NCBI GenBank assembly: GCA_000999095.1
Contig: LCFP01000001.1
Span: 74,230-138,229 of the forward strand
Source: Candidatus Gottesmanbacteria bacterium GW2011_GWA2_43_14
GTDB taxonomy: Bacteria > Patescibacteriota > Microgenomatia > 2-02-FULL-39-11
DNA length: 64,000 bases
Reading direction: 5' to 3'
A program made the translations under genes and the position numbers. Each line of letters starts with the position of its first letter. Within the stretch, counting starts at the first letter, position 1. Positions 19,321-29,211 of this stretch are shown one piece after another. Under the pieces are notes generated by a model. It made no database searches. It was given only the letters and a program-made list of their open reading frames with translations, and had not been told where the DNA came from.

Positions 19321-20637
19321 TCAGTATTTCAACGCCTCCAAATTTTTTTGCATGGCCTTGCTTGTTAAAACAACTCTGTTTTTCCTCACTTCGTAATTGG
19401 CATTTTTCAGTAAAGCAAAGGACTGATCGGGCAAATCTTTATCCAGACAGACACCCGAACCGACAAAAGAATTGCTGCCTATTTTAACCCCGGGCATGAG
19501 TGAACAATTGACCCCAAGCCTGGAGTTTCTCCCGATAACCGCTCCGAGTTTTATCCGGCCGGTAGACAACAGATTGCCGTTGACTTCTGATTTGACCATA
19601 CCCCCATCAAGGCGGTAATTGGCAATGACCGCACCGGAACCTAACGAATTGTTATCCAGGACAACTGAGTCACCGATAAAATTATGGTGAAACCAGCAGT
19701 TATGGCCGATATAACTGCGGACGATCTCCGTCGAGTAGCCGATAACTGCGTTGTTCCCTATGTGGGACTGGCGGATTAAGGCATTTTGACCTACCAGGCT
19801 GTTTCTGCCGATGAAGGCCGGACCGGCAATTTTGGCATTTTCCAATATGGTTACACCGTCCTCAAGTATTACTTCTCCCTCAATCTTCGCTGACTTGTCA
19901 ATTTTGACTTTTCCCAGGCGTTTTTTTATGCCTGACAGGTAAAAATCACTGATTGCAAGAACATGCCAGGGATATTTAAGATAGCCCCAGTAGCCGTTAT
20001 AGGGCAGGAGTTTAATAACTGTGCCTTTTTTTATTAATACTTCCTTAGCTTTTTCATACCTGTCGTCGCGGCCGGTTCTGACTTCATTTATGGCTGACAG
20101 GAGGCTGTCGGCATCCTGCCAGTAATCAAAGACGATATTGACCAGGCTGCTGGGCAAATTGGCCGGGTCAGGTTTTTCCACAATCTCGGTGATGACGCCG
20201 TCCCTTTCAGCCAGGTAACCCCCGGGAAAATATTCTTCCATATGCTTGCCTACCAAAACCGCCTGAGGATCTTTAGCATAAAGAGCCGCAAATTCGTCTA
20301 AAAGATAATCTTCCACAATGTCGGACGGTCCGACTATCAGGATTTTTTTACCTTTCCAATAAGGAGCGGCTGAAGTGATGGCTCCGGCCATCCCGGGCTG
20401 CTTATCCTGGATAATTGTCTTAACTGTGCATCCTTTCGGGAATTCCAGCTGTTTAAAGGCATTTTCATTGTTTTTATTGATAATGACGATAATATCCCTG
20501 ATGCCTTTGCGGTAAAGCTGATTAACGGAATGCAGAATCAGGGGTTGGCCTAAAAACGAAACTAACAGTTTATTTTCAACCGGCCAAACCCTGGTCGAAC
20601 TGCCGCCAGCCAGGAGCAATGCCTGAATCTTTTTCAT
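19321..20637 (-). CDS. glmU: Bifunctional sugar-1-phosphate nucleotidylyltransferase/acetyltransferase (GlmU-like, archaeal-style)
   Basis: LLAGGSSTR NTP-transferase start, IVEKP, YPWHVL, hexapeptide repeats, FIGDSV, GRIKLGAVIG; between glmS and murA. Confidence 0.8.
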   Translation of the reverse strand: MKKIQALLLAGGSSTRVWPVENKLLVSFLGQPLILHSVNQLYRKGIRDIIVIINKNNENAFKQLEFPKGCTVKTIIQDKQPGMAGAITSAAPYWKGKKILIVGPSDIVEDYLLDEFAALYAKDPQAVLVGKHMEEYFPGGYLAERDGVITEIVEKPDPANLPSSLVNIVFDYWQDADSLLSAINEVRTGRDDRYEKAKEVLIKKGTVIKLLPYNGYWGYLKYPWHVLAISDFYLSGIKKRLGKVKIDKSAKIEGEVILEDGVTILENAKIAGPAFIGRNSLVGQNALIRQSHIGNNAVIGYSTEIVRSYIGHNCWFHHNFIGDSVVLDNNSLGSGAVIANYRLDGGMVKSEVNGNLLSTGRIKLGAVIGRNSRLGVNCSLMPGVKIGSNSFVGSGVCLDKDLPDQSFALLKNANYEVRKNRVVLTSKAMQKNLEALKY

Positions 20638-21968
20638 GTATTGTCCTCCATTCTTTCTATGTCAGCCCCGATTTTTTTTAATCTGAGGTCAATATTTTCA
20701 TAACCGCGGTCCACATGGTCAATACCGTAAATTATACTCTCACCCGTTGCCAGGAGTGCTGCCAATATCAGGGTAGCACCGGCCCGAAGATCCGTCATCT
20801 CCAGAAATGCTTCATGAAGATAAGAACCGCCTCTGATTCTGATTGCCTGGTAAGTGTTAACCTTGCGGTCTGACCAGTTGAAATTATAGAACTTCTTGGG
20901 ATTTCTCACCTTTGGGGAAAAGCCCTCTATATCTGCCCCCATTTTTAATAATTCGCTGACGTAGCTGAAACGGTCTTCAAAAACAGTTTCGTGGATTGTT
21001 GAAATTCCGTCAGCCTGGGTCATCAGTATAGCCCAGGGAGCCTGCCAGTCAGTCATGAAACCCGGATGCGGACTGGTCGTCACCCGTGAGGCCTTAATTT
21101 TTTTACGTGGACGGTAAAACCTGATGGTTTCATCATCTTTTATTTCAAAACCTGCACCTATTTCTGCCAGTTTCCCAAGAAAAGTTGATAATTCCTTTTT
21201 TCTGGCTCCGCGGATAACCAAATCGCCTCCGGTTGCCACGGCACCTACGGCAAAAGTCACTGCTTCGTTCCGGTCCGGCATAATATCAAATTTGGCTCCC
21301 GTCATTTTTTTAACTCCGTAAACGACAATCGTCTTTGACTCTGTCCTTTTTATTCTGGCGCCCATGCTGTTTAACAGCTTCATCAGGTCGTCTATCTCAG
21401 GCTCCATGGCCGCATTCTCGATGACGGTTTCGCCATCGGCCAAAACTGCAGCCAGCATCATTGTTTCTGTCCCGGTATGGGTATTCTTGTCAAACTTGAA
21501 CCGTGTACCTTTCAGTCTGTGTGCCGTAGCATAAAAAAAACCTTCGTCATATTTGATTGACGCGCCCATTTTCGACAGGCCTTTAATATGCCAGTCAACC
21601 GGCCGTTTTCCCAGACGGCAACCGCCCGGATTGGGCACTACCGCCTTGCCGAACCTGGCCAACAACGGCCCCATTACCATGGTAGCTGTCCTGAATAATC
21701 CTCCCATGGCTAAAGGCACAGTATGCGAGTTAAGACTGCCTCCTTCAATTTTTAAGGTATGGTCGGGCTTGCTGGTGACTTTTACTCCCAAACATCTGAC
21801 CAGTTCAGCCGTACCCTCGACCGAAGTAATCTGGGGTATATTGCCTATTTCTACAGATTTGTCGGTCAAAAGCCCGGCTAAAACCACCTTCATAGCCACA
21901 TTTTTAGCACCGCTGACCGTAATTTCCCCTTTAAGCTTGCTGCCTTCTTTTATTTTCAAAAATTGCAT
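20634..21968 (-). CDS. murA: UDP-N-acetylglucosamine 1-carboxyvinyltransferase
   Basis: SGAKN, PGGCRLGKRPVDWH (active Cys), HPGFMTD, DLRAGA, DRGYE. Confidence 0.98.
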   Translation of the reverse strand: MQFLKIKEGSKLKGEITVSGAKNVAMKVVLAGLLTDKSVEIGNIPQITSVEGTAELVRCLGVKVTSKPDHTLKIEGGSLNSHTVPLAMGGLFRTATMVMGPLLARFGKAVVPNPGGCRLGKRPVDWHIKGLSKMGASIKYDEGFFYATAHRLKGTRFKFDKNTHTGTETMMLAAVLADGETVIENAAMEPEIDDLMKLLNSMGARIKRTESKTIVVYGVKKMTGAKFDIMPDRNEAVTFAVGAVATGGDLVIRGARKKELSTFLGKLAEIGAGFEIKDDETIRFYRPRKKIKASRVTTSPHPGFMTDWQAPWAILMTQADGISTIHETVFEDRFSYVSELLKMGADIEGFSPKVRNPKKFYNFNWSDRKVNTYQAIRIRGGSYLHEAFLEMTDLRAGATLILAALLATGESIIYGIDHVDRGYENIDLRLKKIGADIERMEDNT

Positions 21969-21973
21969 ATCAT

Positions 21974-22978
21974 TCAGTTTTTTTCTTCGGGAATAACTAA
22001 AATTTCCGTTTCGAGTTTCAGACGGAACTTGTCATTGACCATTTGTCTGACCAGATCTATTAATTTTAGCACATCGGCAGATGTCGCCCGGCCTGTATGC
22101 GTAATGAAATTAGCATGTCTGCCGGAAATGGTAGCCCCGCCAATTCTCTTGCCTTTGAGACCCAGAGAGTCTATCAGAAAACCGGCTGATACCGTATAGT
22201 CAGGAGTGGCCAGCCTGACAGCATCGCTTTTTTTTATGTTCCGGAAGATGCAGCCTGCCGAAAATTCGCCTTTTGGCTGGGTCGAAGTTCGGTAGAGCAT
22301 AGTTTCCCGTGCCGTAGCCCAGATACTTTCTTTATCGCTGACCCGTTTAAAGGCGAAAGTTGCAGTCAACACAATTTCCCCGGTTTTCTGCAGGACAGAC
22401 CTGTCATAACCGAAGCGGAAATATTCTCTTGTTTCTTTCCTGACGCCGTTTCCCGGTTTGAAAACGACGGCGCTGGTTAACTGTTCTCCGAAAAAGCGCT
22501 TTTTGACGATGTTATGGGCATTGATCCATATAGCGCCTCCGATGGTTCCTGGCTGGCCAAGGAAAAATTCCAGACCGGACAAACCCTGATCCAAAGAGTA
22601 TCTGACCAGCCTGTTGACGCCTGCACCTGAATCAGCTTCCAGAAAAACCGTGTTTATCAAGGATTCCCCTCCTCCTCCCTTGAGACTGTCACCTTTGAGT
22701 CCGGCCAGGCGGATACCGGCCATTTCATTTTTGACGACCAGACCGCGGAAGCCTTTGTCGGAAAACAGGACGTTCGTTCCTCCTCCCAGAATAAAATAAG
22801 GAACCCCGTTTTCAACAGCCAAACCGACTGCCACAAACAGGTCATCCTGTTGGCTTGCTTTCAGGAAAAAATCAGCCGGCCCTCCCAGACGCAGGCTGGT
22901 GTATTTACCGAGATTTTCATTTATAAGCACGCGGCCGTCTCCGAATTTATTTTTCAGCTTGTCATAAAAAGTCATCAT
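21974..22978 (-). CDS. murB: UDP-N-acetylmuramate dehydrogenase
   Basis: GGPAD, LGGGTNVL, PGTIGGA..NA, SAGCIFRN, HANFI, LETEI. Confidence 0.97.
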   Translation of the reverse strand: MMTFYDKLKNKFGDGRVLINENLGKYTSLRLGGPADFFLKASQQDDLFVAVGLAVENGVPYFILGGGTNVLFSDKGFRGLVVKNEMAGIRLAGLKGDSLKGGGGESLINTVFLEADSGAGVNRLVRYSLDQGLSGLEFFLGQPGTIGGAIWINAHNIVKKRFFGEQLTSAVVFKPGNGVRKETREYFRFGYDRSVLQKTGEIVLTATFAFKRVSDKESIWATARETMLYRTSTQPKGEFSAGCIFRNIKKSDAVRLATPDYTVSAGFLIDSLGLKGKRIGGATISGRHANFITHTGRATSADVLKLIDLVRQMVNDKFRLKLETEILVIPEEKN

Positions 22979-24387
22979 AATTCAGCCAGTATTGTTATAA
23001 GATCCGCGTGCCATCTGTATAAATTGCCGGCTCCCACAGTCATCAGTATGTCCCCCTGACGGACCGTTTGTTTCACATAATTTAAAACCTCTGCTTTACT
23101 ACGGACCAAAACAGCCTTACCGTCCAAGCGCTTGACTGCCTCAACCAGGAGGGAGGAACTGACTGACGGATCAGCTTTTTCCCTGGCTGAGGGAAATATT
23201 TCCGCCACGGCTGACACGTCGGCTAATGTCAAAGCTTGGGCAAAAGGTTCCAGCAGTTTTTTTGTCCGGGAATAAGTATGGGGTTGAAAAATGACAATAA
23301 TCCGGCGGTTCCTGTACCAGTCTCTGACTGAATTTAAGGTGGCGGTAATTTCCGTGGGGTGATGGGCATAATCATCATACAGGCTGATTCGGTCTTTTTC
23401 ATATATTTTTTCCATACGGCGGTTGCCCCCTGTGTATTTTTTCAGGCCTTCCTTTATTTGTGCCCAGGACAAATTGGCAACCAGGTTACAGGCTGTCATG
23501 GCAGCCAGGGCGTTAAGAAGGTTATGCCTGCCCGGAACTTTTACCATAAATTCACCGATTTCCTCGCCTTTAACTTCCACCGTCATAAAAGATACCCCTT
23601 CGGAAATATGATATTTTTTTATACGGAAGTCCGCTCTCGGTGAGAAGCCGTAAGTGGCAATTTTAGTATGCTTTATTTTTTGCAGAAGCTCAGAAGATTC
23701 TGCGTCATCCTGGCAGGCTACCAAATGGTCGCCGTTTTCCAGCGTATTTAAGGCAAACTGGAAATATGCCGCTTTGACTTCCTCAAGGTTGCGGTAGGCA
23801 TCGGGATGGTCAAATTCTATATTGGTGATAACCGCCAGGGAGGGTTTCTGCCAGAAAAATCTGGGTGTCGGGTCAGTGACCGGGCAAGTCATGTATTCGT
23901 CTGCCTCAGCCACAAAAAATTTCCCCCTGCCGGCATGTCCGGCAGCTCCCAGACCGTTGATATAGGCTGTACCGATTGCATAAGAAGGATCCAGGTTGGC
24001 AGATGACAGGATCATCGCGATCATGGAAGAAGTGGTCGTTTTACCGTGGCAGCCAGCCACGGAAATCCCCTGATAACCGGACATTACCGAGCCGATATAC
24101 CGGCCGTGCATGGAAACGGGAAGGCCGATTTTTTTAGCTTGAACAGCTTCCGGATTCGACATGCCTCCGTGGGCGCCGGTAACTATGACCGCGTCATATT
24201 TTTCGGTTATGTTTTCCTTGCTGAATCCTAATTTATGGGATATGCCTGCTTCGGCCAGCATGCGGTCGGTAAAAAAAGTTTCCGCTACATCGGAACCTGT
24301 GACTTTAAAGCCTTTTTCCTTGAGATAAACGGCCATGGCTGTCATGGCAACGCCTTTAATTCCGATCAGATAAGCTTTTTTTTTCAT
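22975..24387 (-). CDS. murC: UDP-N-acetylmuramate--L-alanine ligase
   Basis: IGIKGVAM, GCHGKTTTS, EADE, DHPD, DDYAHHPTE, FQPHTYSRT. Confidence 0.98.
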   Translation of the reverse strand: MKKKAYLIGIKGVAMTAMAVYLKEKGFKVTGSDVAETFFTDRMLAEAGISHKLGFSKENITEKYDAVIVTGAHGGMSNPEAVQAKKIGLPVSMHGRYIGSVMSGYQGISVAGCHGKTTTSSMIAMILSSANLDPSYAIGTAYINGLGAAGHAGRGKFFVAEADEYMTCPVTDPTPRFFWQKPSLAVITNIEFDHPDAYRNLEEVKAAYFQFALNTLENGDHLVACQDDAESSELLQKIKHTKIATYGFSPRADFRIKKYHISEGVSFMTVEVKGEEIGEFMVKVPGRHNLLNALAAMTACNLVANLSWAQIKEGLKKYTGGNRRMEKIYEKDRISLYDDYAHHPTEITATLNSVRDWYRNRRIIVIFQPHTYSRTKKLLEPFAQALTLADVSAVAEIFPSAREKADPSVSSSLLVEAVKRLDGKAVLVRSKAEVLNYVKQTVRQGDILMTVGAGNLYRWHADLITILAEL

Positions 24388-25046
24388 CAGCCTTTGCTAC
24401 TTTCTAATTGTATTATAGAAAAATTCCGCAATAATGTTTTATCCCTGCGGAATGAAGCATATTCCGGATTGCACGATGTGCAAATAGCGGTATCCTCCAT
24501 ATTGCCTGCAGACAGACCCGCATCACTCAACTGCCTTTGCGCTACCACAGATAAATCTAAATAAAAAGACTGATGCCGTTCTTCAAAAAATTTTACTCCC
24601 GGTATTTTGCGGGTAAAATTTTCAATGAGTTCACTTCCGACCTGATAACAGCATCTTCTTATGTGTGGCCCTATGGCCACCTGTAATTCGGATACATCCG
24701 CTCCCAAATCCTTCAGTTTTCTTACCGCATTCTGAAGAATGCCGGCGCTTAAACCGCGCCATCCTGCATGGACGGCACCGATCAGTTTTTTACCGGTCGA
24801 AAAGAATAATAGAGGCAGGCAGTCGGCAGTTCTGATTATAAGACTCCTGCCTTCGGAGGCAATAATACCGTCACAACCTTCATAATACTTCTTCCTCGAG
24901 GCTACGGAAATATTTCCGCTATGGATCTGTGCGCAGGAAGAAGCTTCTTTAATGTTTTTGTCATACAAACCTGAAACTGACTCTGCCTGATTCAAAAAGT
25001 GATGGCTCAGCCCAACCGGGGCTTGGAGATTTTTTGCCTGTATCAT
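24387..25046 (-). CDS. pgeF: PgeF/YfiH (YlmD) purine nucleoside phosphorylase / peptidoglycan editing factor
   Basis: QIHS, TADCLPL, AVHAGWRG, IGPHI..CCY, CTSC, SFRR. Confidence 0.93.
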   Translation of the reverse strand: MIQAKNLQAPVGLSHHFLNQAESVSGLYDKNIKEASSCAQIHSGNISVASRKKYYEGCDGIIASEGRSLIIRTADCLPLLFFSTGKKLIGAVHAGWRGLSAGILQNAVRKLKDLGADVSELQVAIGPHIRRCCYQVGSELIENFTRKIPGVKFFEERHQSFYLDLSVVAQRQLSDAGLSAGNMEDTAICTSCNPEYASFRRDKTLLRNFSIIQLESSKG

Positions 25047-25049
25047 AAA

Positions 25050-26267
25050 TTAAGCGGAGAGTGCTTTATTAACTGCCTGTCTTTCATCCCAAGGATATTC
25101 TGTTTTGCCGTAGCACATCGATTGCTCGTGCCCTTTACCGCAGATGATCACCGTATCCCCCGCCCCGGCCAGTTTGCGGATGGCAAAATTGATGGCTTCC
25201 TGCCGGTCAGGAATGCGGAAAAAATATTTTCCCTTCTCGGAAGGCGGCTGTCCGTTCTTTTTCTCCAATTCCTTCATGCCCGATCTCAGACAGCCTTGAG
25301 CTATTTGGGTAATGATCTTGCGTACATCCTCGGTCCGGGGGTCTTCAGCTGTAAGGACTGCATAATCCGCAATTTTACCGGCCACCTCTCCCATGATCGG
25401 CCTTTTTAATCGGTCCCTCAACCCTGCTGAACCGAATACGACTATCAGCTTTTTTTTTGTCTGTGATCTGGCAAAAATCAGGGCTTGGCTCAAAGCGTTT
25501 ATTTTATGGGCAAAATCAATCATAATTTTCAGCCCCCGCCTGTTTTTAACCTCTTCCATTCTGCCGGGAATGCCGTTAAAACTTTTTAAACCATTTTCAG
25601 CCGCTTCCAAATCCACTCCGCTTTCCCGGGCTGCAGCTACAGCTGCCAACATATTGGCTTTCTGAAATTGGGCCAATCCATCCGGCAGTTTAACTTTGTC
25701 GGGTGTAAAATCGGCTGTTTTATCCAGGGAAAAAGTAACAATTCCCCCTCTGGCCTTTTTTTTCAGGTAACTATAATTTTCATCGTCTTTATTTAAGACA
25801 ACCGTTTTGGCCCCTTGCATGATCCTGGCTTTGGCATTACGGTAATTCTCCATATTGCCGTGGTAATCCAGATGTTCATGGGAAATATTGGTAATGACAG
25901 CCGCATCAATTGAAGTCCCCAGTGTACGGAACTGGTCCAAAGCATGTGAAGTTGTTTCCAGGACAAGATAACGGCTGCCTTCCTTCAGGGCTTTTTTTAT
26001 CAGCTTCTGCAGGAAAAAAGGCGACGGAGTGGTGACATGAAATCCGGTATCATAATTTTCATTCCCTATGACCGCTTTGACAGTCGAGATCATGGAGACG
26101 GGCAGTTTTGCTTTTTTTAAGATATGGAACAAAATAAAAGCAGTTGAAGTTTTGCCGTCTGTACCGGTGATGGCTAAAACCATCATTTTACGGGCCGGGT
26201 AGCCGTAAACAAAACAGGCGGAAAGCGCCATTAAAAAGTGGCCAAAATTTTTTATACGGCGCATCAT
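25050..26267 (-). CDS. murE: UDP-MurNAc-dipeptide--diamino acid ligase MurE (short form without N-terminal domain)
   Basis: TGTDGKTST, VTTP, ETTSHAL, EHLDYH, DFAH, KRPIMG, AEDPR, GKGHE. Confidence 0.94.
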   Translation of the reverse strand: MMRRIKNFGHFLMALSACFVYGYPARKMMVLAITGTDGKTSTAFILFHILKKAKLPVSMISTVKAVIGNENYDTGFHVTTPSPFFLQKLIKKALKEGSRYLVLETTSHALDQFRTLGTSIDAAVITNISHEHLDYHGNMENYRNAKARIMQGAKTVVLNKDDENYSYLKKKARGGIVTFSLDKTADFTPDKVKLPDGLAQFQKANMLAAVAAARESGVDLEAAENGLKSFNGIPGRMEEVKNRRGLKIMIDFAHKINALSQALIFARSQTKKKLIVVFGSAGLRDRLKRPIMGEVAGKIADYAVLTAEDPRTEDVRKIITQIAQGCLRSGMKELEKKNGQPPSEKGKYFFRIPDRQEAINFAIRKLAGAGDTVIICGKGHEQSMCYGKTEYPWDERQAVNKALSA

Positions 26268-26277
26268 AAAGGCTTTT

Positions 26278-26286
26278 ATTATAACA
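26278..26286 (-). promoter_or_regulatory. Putative extended -10 promoter (TGtTATAAT) for murE
   Basis: TGT-TATAAT located 10 nt before the ATG at 26267. Confidence 0.55.
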
Positions 26287-26313
26287 AAAAACCGGAGGAA
26301 AGTTTAATTCCGG
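26286..26313 (-). terminator. Weak candidate intrinsic terminator after ftsI
   Basis: Minus strand CCGGA-(12 nt)-TCCGG followed by TTTTTT; the stem is short. Confidence 0.3.
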
Positions 26314-26326
26314 CCGGAAGTATTAA

Positions 26327-27997
26327 TTACTGGATTTGGTAATAGGAGATGAGGTCTTGGGCTATGGTGAAAAAGAGAGGAGCGGCTGTTTCCGAACCCC
26401 AGGGTGAGGTAGTCGGTTCGCGCAGGGTTACCAGCATGACAAATTTGGGGTTGTCAGCAGGCAGGAAACCCACAAACGAAGCAATAGTTTTTTCCGTATC
26501 ATAATGGCCTGAGATAGGTATTTGGGCTGTGCCGGTTTTGCCGGCAACCCTGATACCGATCGGTTTAAGGAATTTAGTCTCCCCTTTCTCCACTGCCTGA
26601 ACCATCATTTCCTTAACCAGGGATGCGGCTCCGGCAGAAAAAATCCTCTTTTGAATTTTCGGTTTGACGGTTATGACCCTGCCGCTATTTTCCCTGATTT
26701 TGGAAACAACCGCCGGCTGAACTAATTGCCCGCCGTTGGCTATGGCGGCTACTGCCCTGATCATCTGCAAAGGGGTTGCAGCAATGCCCTGTCCGAAAGA
26801 GACTGTGGCAAAATCAATGGTATACCATTTATTTTCAGGACGGAGCTCCGGAGTCCCTTCATCCTGAAGATCAATATCGGTCAGATCGCCGAACCCCAAA
26901 TTTTTTATATATTTCAGCAAATTGTCATTGCCCAATTTTTCTGCAATGAAGACCATGCCGACATTTGATGAATACTGGAGAATTTCCGGGACTTTTATCA
27001 TGCCGTGGTATTCCTGATTCCAGGTTTTTATCTGATACTGGCCAATTGTAACCGGGCCTTTTTCATCATACTCCATATCCGCACTGACTTTGTCTTCATT
27101 AACAGCCGAAGCCATCACCAGGACTTTGAACGTTGATCCCGGTTCAAAAGATGAAGCGATAGCCGGATTTTTATAGAAGGACTCGTCAAATTCTTGGCGA
27201 TTGACGGGATCGTAGGAAGGAAAGGAAGCCATACTTAAAATAGCACCGGTTGCCGGCTCCATAACAATTACACTGCCCCCTGCTGCACCGTATTTTTCCA
27301 GGCCTTTTTTTAATTTATCCTCAACGATATACTGGACTGTCCGGTCAAGGGAAAGGATAAGGTCGCGCCCGTTTTCCGCTCTGACTACCGTCCGGTCGCC
27401 GGCGATGATGGGATTACCTGAAGGATCCCTTTCTTCCCGAAGGTAGCCGTTTCTTCCTTTAAGCTGGTCGTCATAAAAACCTTCCAAACCGAAATAACCC
27501 TGGTCATCCCCGTTTTGGTTTTTTCCCACGAAACCTAAAAGATGGGCTGCCATCGAAGCTTCCGGATAAAATCTTTTGGCATCTTCAATTAGGCCTATTC
27601 CCGGTAAATTAACCTTCTTCAGTTTATCTGCTGTTTCAGTTTCTACTTTTTCGGCTATAGGCACCCAACTCAGCTTGTCGTTGTTTAATTTGGCAGAAAC
27701 AGAGGCGCTGTCCAAAGATAATATTTCCGACAGTTGTTTAATAGTCGACTCCTTGTCGCGCATGCTTTTCGGCTCGGCAAAAACCAGGTAAGCAGGCTGG
27801 TTTATAACCAAAGGTGAATTGTCTGACGAATAAATACTTCCCCTTGCCGCTTTCTCGATTGAGGAGATATTGGTTTGTTGGCTGGCAATAAACTTTAAAG
27901 AATCAAAAGAAAATACCTGCCAGTAAAAAAGGCGCAGGCAGATAGCCAGAAAAAAGAACAGAAAAATTCCGAAAACCAGGTATAACCGTTTTTCCAT
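26327..27997 (-). CDS. ftsI: Class B penicillin-binding protein FtsI/PBP3
   Basis: N-terminal TM, RGSIY, RFYP, GLEG, EPGSTFK (SxxK), SSN, GKTGT. Confidence 0.95.
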   Translation of the reverse strand: MEKRLYLVFGIFLFFFLAICLRLFYWQVFSFDSLKFIASQQTNISSIEKAARGSIYSSDNSPLVINQPAYLVFAEPKSMRDKESTIKQLSEILSLDSASVSAKLNNDKLSWVPIAEKVETETADKLKKVNLPGIGLIEDAKRFYPEASMAAHLLGFVGKNQNGDDQGYFGLEGFYDDQLKGRNGYLREERDPSGNPIIAGDRTVVRAENGRDLILSLDRTVQYIVEDKLKKGLEKYGAAGGSVIVMEPATGAILSMASFPSYDPVNRQEFDESFYKNPAIASSFEPGSTFKVLVMASAVNEDKVSADMEYDEKGPVTIGQYQIKTWNQEYHGMIKVPEILQYSSNVGMVFIAEKLGNDNLLKYIKNLGFGDLTDIDLQDEGTPELRPENKWYTIDFATVSFGQGIAATPLQMIRAVAAIANGGQLVQPAVVSKIRENSGRVITVKPKIQKRIFSAGAASLVKEMMVQAVEKGETKFLKPIGIRVAGKTGTAQIPISGHYDTEKTIASFVGFLPADNPKFVMLVTLREPTTSPWGSETAAPLFFTIAQDLISYYQIQ

Positions 27998-28002
27998 TTG
28001 CT

Positions 28003-28302
28003 TTAGAGAGTCTTGCCGATATCGGCAATCGGCTGGGGCTTGGCCAATGATACCACTTGCGGACTGGAATTGAAACCTAATGTCTCTGCTTTTTGGGCAA
28101 TTGAGGCGATCGAAGAGGATGAAGCAATTTTCTGGGACAGAATGAGGTTTTCCGTTTCCATGCGTTCTATTTCAGAATTAATCTCGCGGTATTTGCGGCC
28201 GTATGTTGAATCATAGTTAAATAGGACTACATGTACCGCAATAGACAGGACGGCTACAGTAAGTGAAGCGATTTTGATGAATTTTTCAGTTTTATTTGTC
28301 AT
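28003..28302 (-). CDS. FtsL-like bitopic coiled-coil protein
   Basis: 99 aa, TM plus heptad coiled coil, IAQKAETLGF; syntenic between rsmH and ftsI. Confidence 0.7.
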   Translation of the reverse strand: MTNKTEKFIKIASLTVAVLSIAVHVVLFNYDSTYGRKYREINSEIERMETENLILSQKIASSSSIASIAQKAETLGFNSSPQVVSLAKPQPIADIGKTL

Positions 28303-29198
28303 ATTTTTTCGGCTGCCCGTAATTTAGCTGACCGGGCTCTCGGATTTAATTTAATCTCCGGAAAATCCGCTCTGATCGGATTTTTAGTGACTATCTTCAG
28401 TTTTCTTTGTACTTTGTTTTCCCGAAAAATCTGCTTCACCAGTCTGTCTTCCAGTGAGTGATAACTTAAAGCTATTACTCTGCCTCCCGGCTGCAGCATT
28501 TCGATTGCCTGAGTCAGACCCCTGTTAATTGTGCTTAACTCCGAGTTAACTTCAATTCTCAATGACTGATAAATTCTGGCTAAAACCTGATCCTTATGCC
28601 TTTCTTCTCCTGTCAGTTGTTTTTTAATAATGCTGTTTAGTTCGCCGACCTTATTGATATGGCCTCTTAAGGTACGGGCGCGAACAATAGCGTCAGCAAT
28701 TGTCCGAGAACTGAGTTCTTCAGCATATTTTGCAAATATTTCATAAAGTTGCTCCTTGGAATACTGGTTAACAACTCCGGCCGCGGTTAATTCGTCCGTT
28801 CCGGCGAATCTCATATCCAAAGCTTCATCCGGTTTTCTGAATGAAAAACCCCTGCCTGACCGGTCCAACTGGTGCGATGAAACACCCAGATCAAATATAA
28901 TTCCCCGGACTTTTTCAAAACCATTATCAAGAGCTGTCTCCTTCAGCCCGGCGAAGCTTCCGCGGTGAATTACCAACTTATCATCCCCAATACGTTTATC
29001 CGCCGCTATTTTTTTTACTTGTTCGACTGCCTGCGGATCAAGATCAATACCCAGGACTTTGCCACCCATTCCGATTATGGCGAAAGCGTAACCCCCGCCG
29101 CCTAATGTCGCGTCTAGATACTGCCTGTCTTTTTCAATTTTTAAAAGTTCAATTACTTTGGGAAGGAGTACCGGTCGGTGATAGTCGGATAAAATCAT
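28299..29198 (-). CDS. rsmH: 16S rRNA m4C1402 methyltransferase RsmH (MraW)
   Basis: HRPVL, DATLGGGG, DLGVSSHQLD, SYHSLEDRLVK, NPRARSAKLR. Confidence 0.98.
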   Translation of the reverse strand: MILSDYHRPVLLPKVIELLKIEKDRQYLDATLGGGGYAFAIIGMGGKVLGIDLDPQAVEQVKKIAADKRIGDDKLVIHRGSFAGLKETALDNGFEKVRGIIFDLGVSSHQLDRSGRGFSFRKPDEALDMRFAGTDELTAAGVVNQYSKEQLYEIFAKYAEELSSRTIADAIVRARTLRGHINKVGELNSIIKKQLTGEERHKDQVLARIYQSLRIEVNSELSTINRGLTQAIEMLQPGGRVIALSYHSLEDRLVKQIFRENKVQRKLKIVTKNPIRADFPEIKLNPRARSAKLRAAEKI

Positions 29199-29211
29199 AG
29201 GCAGAATGATT

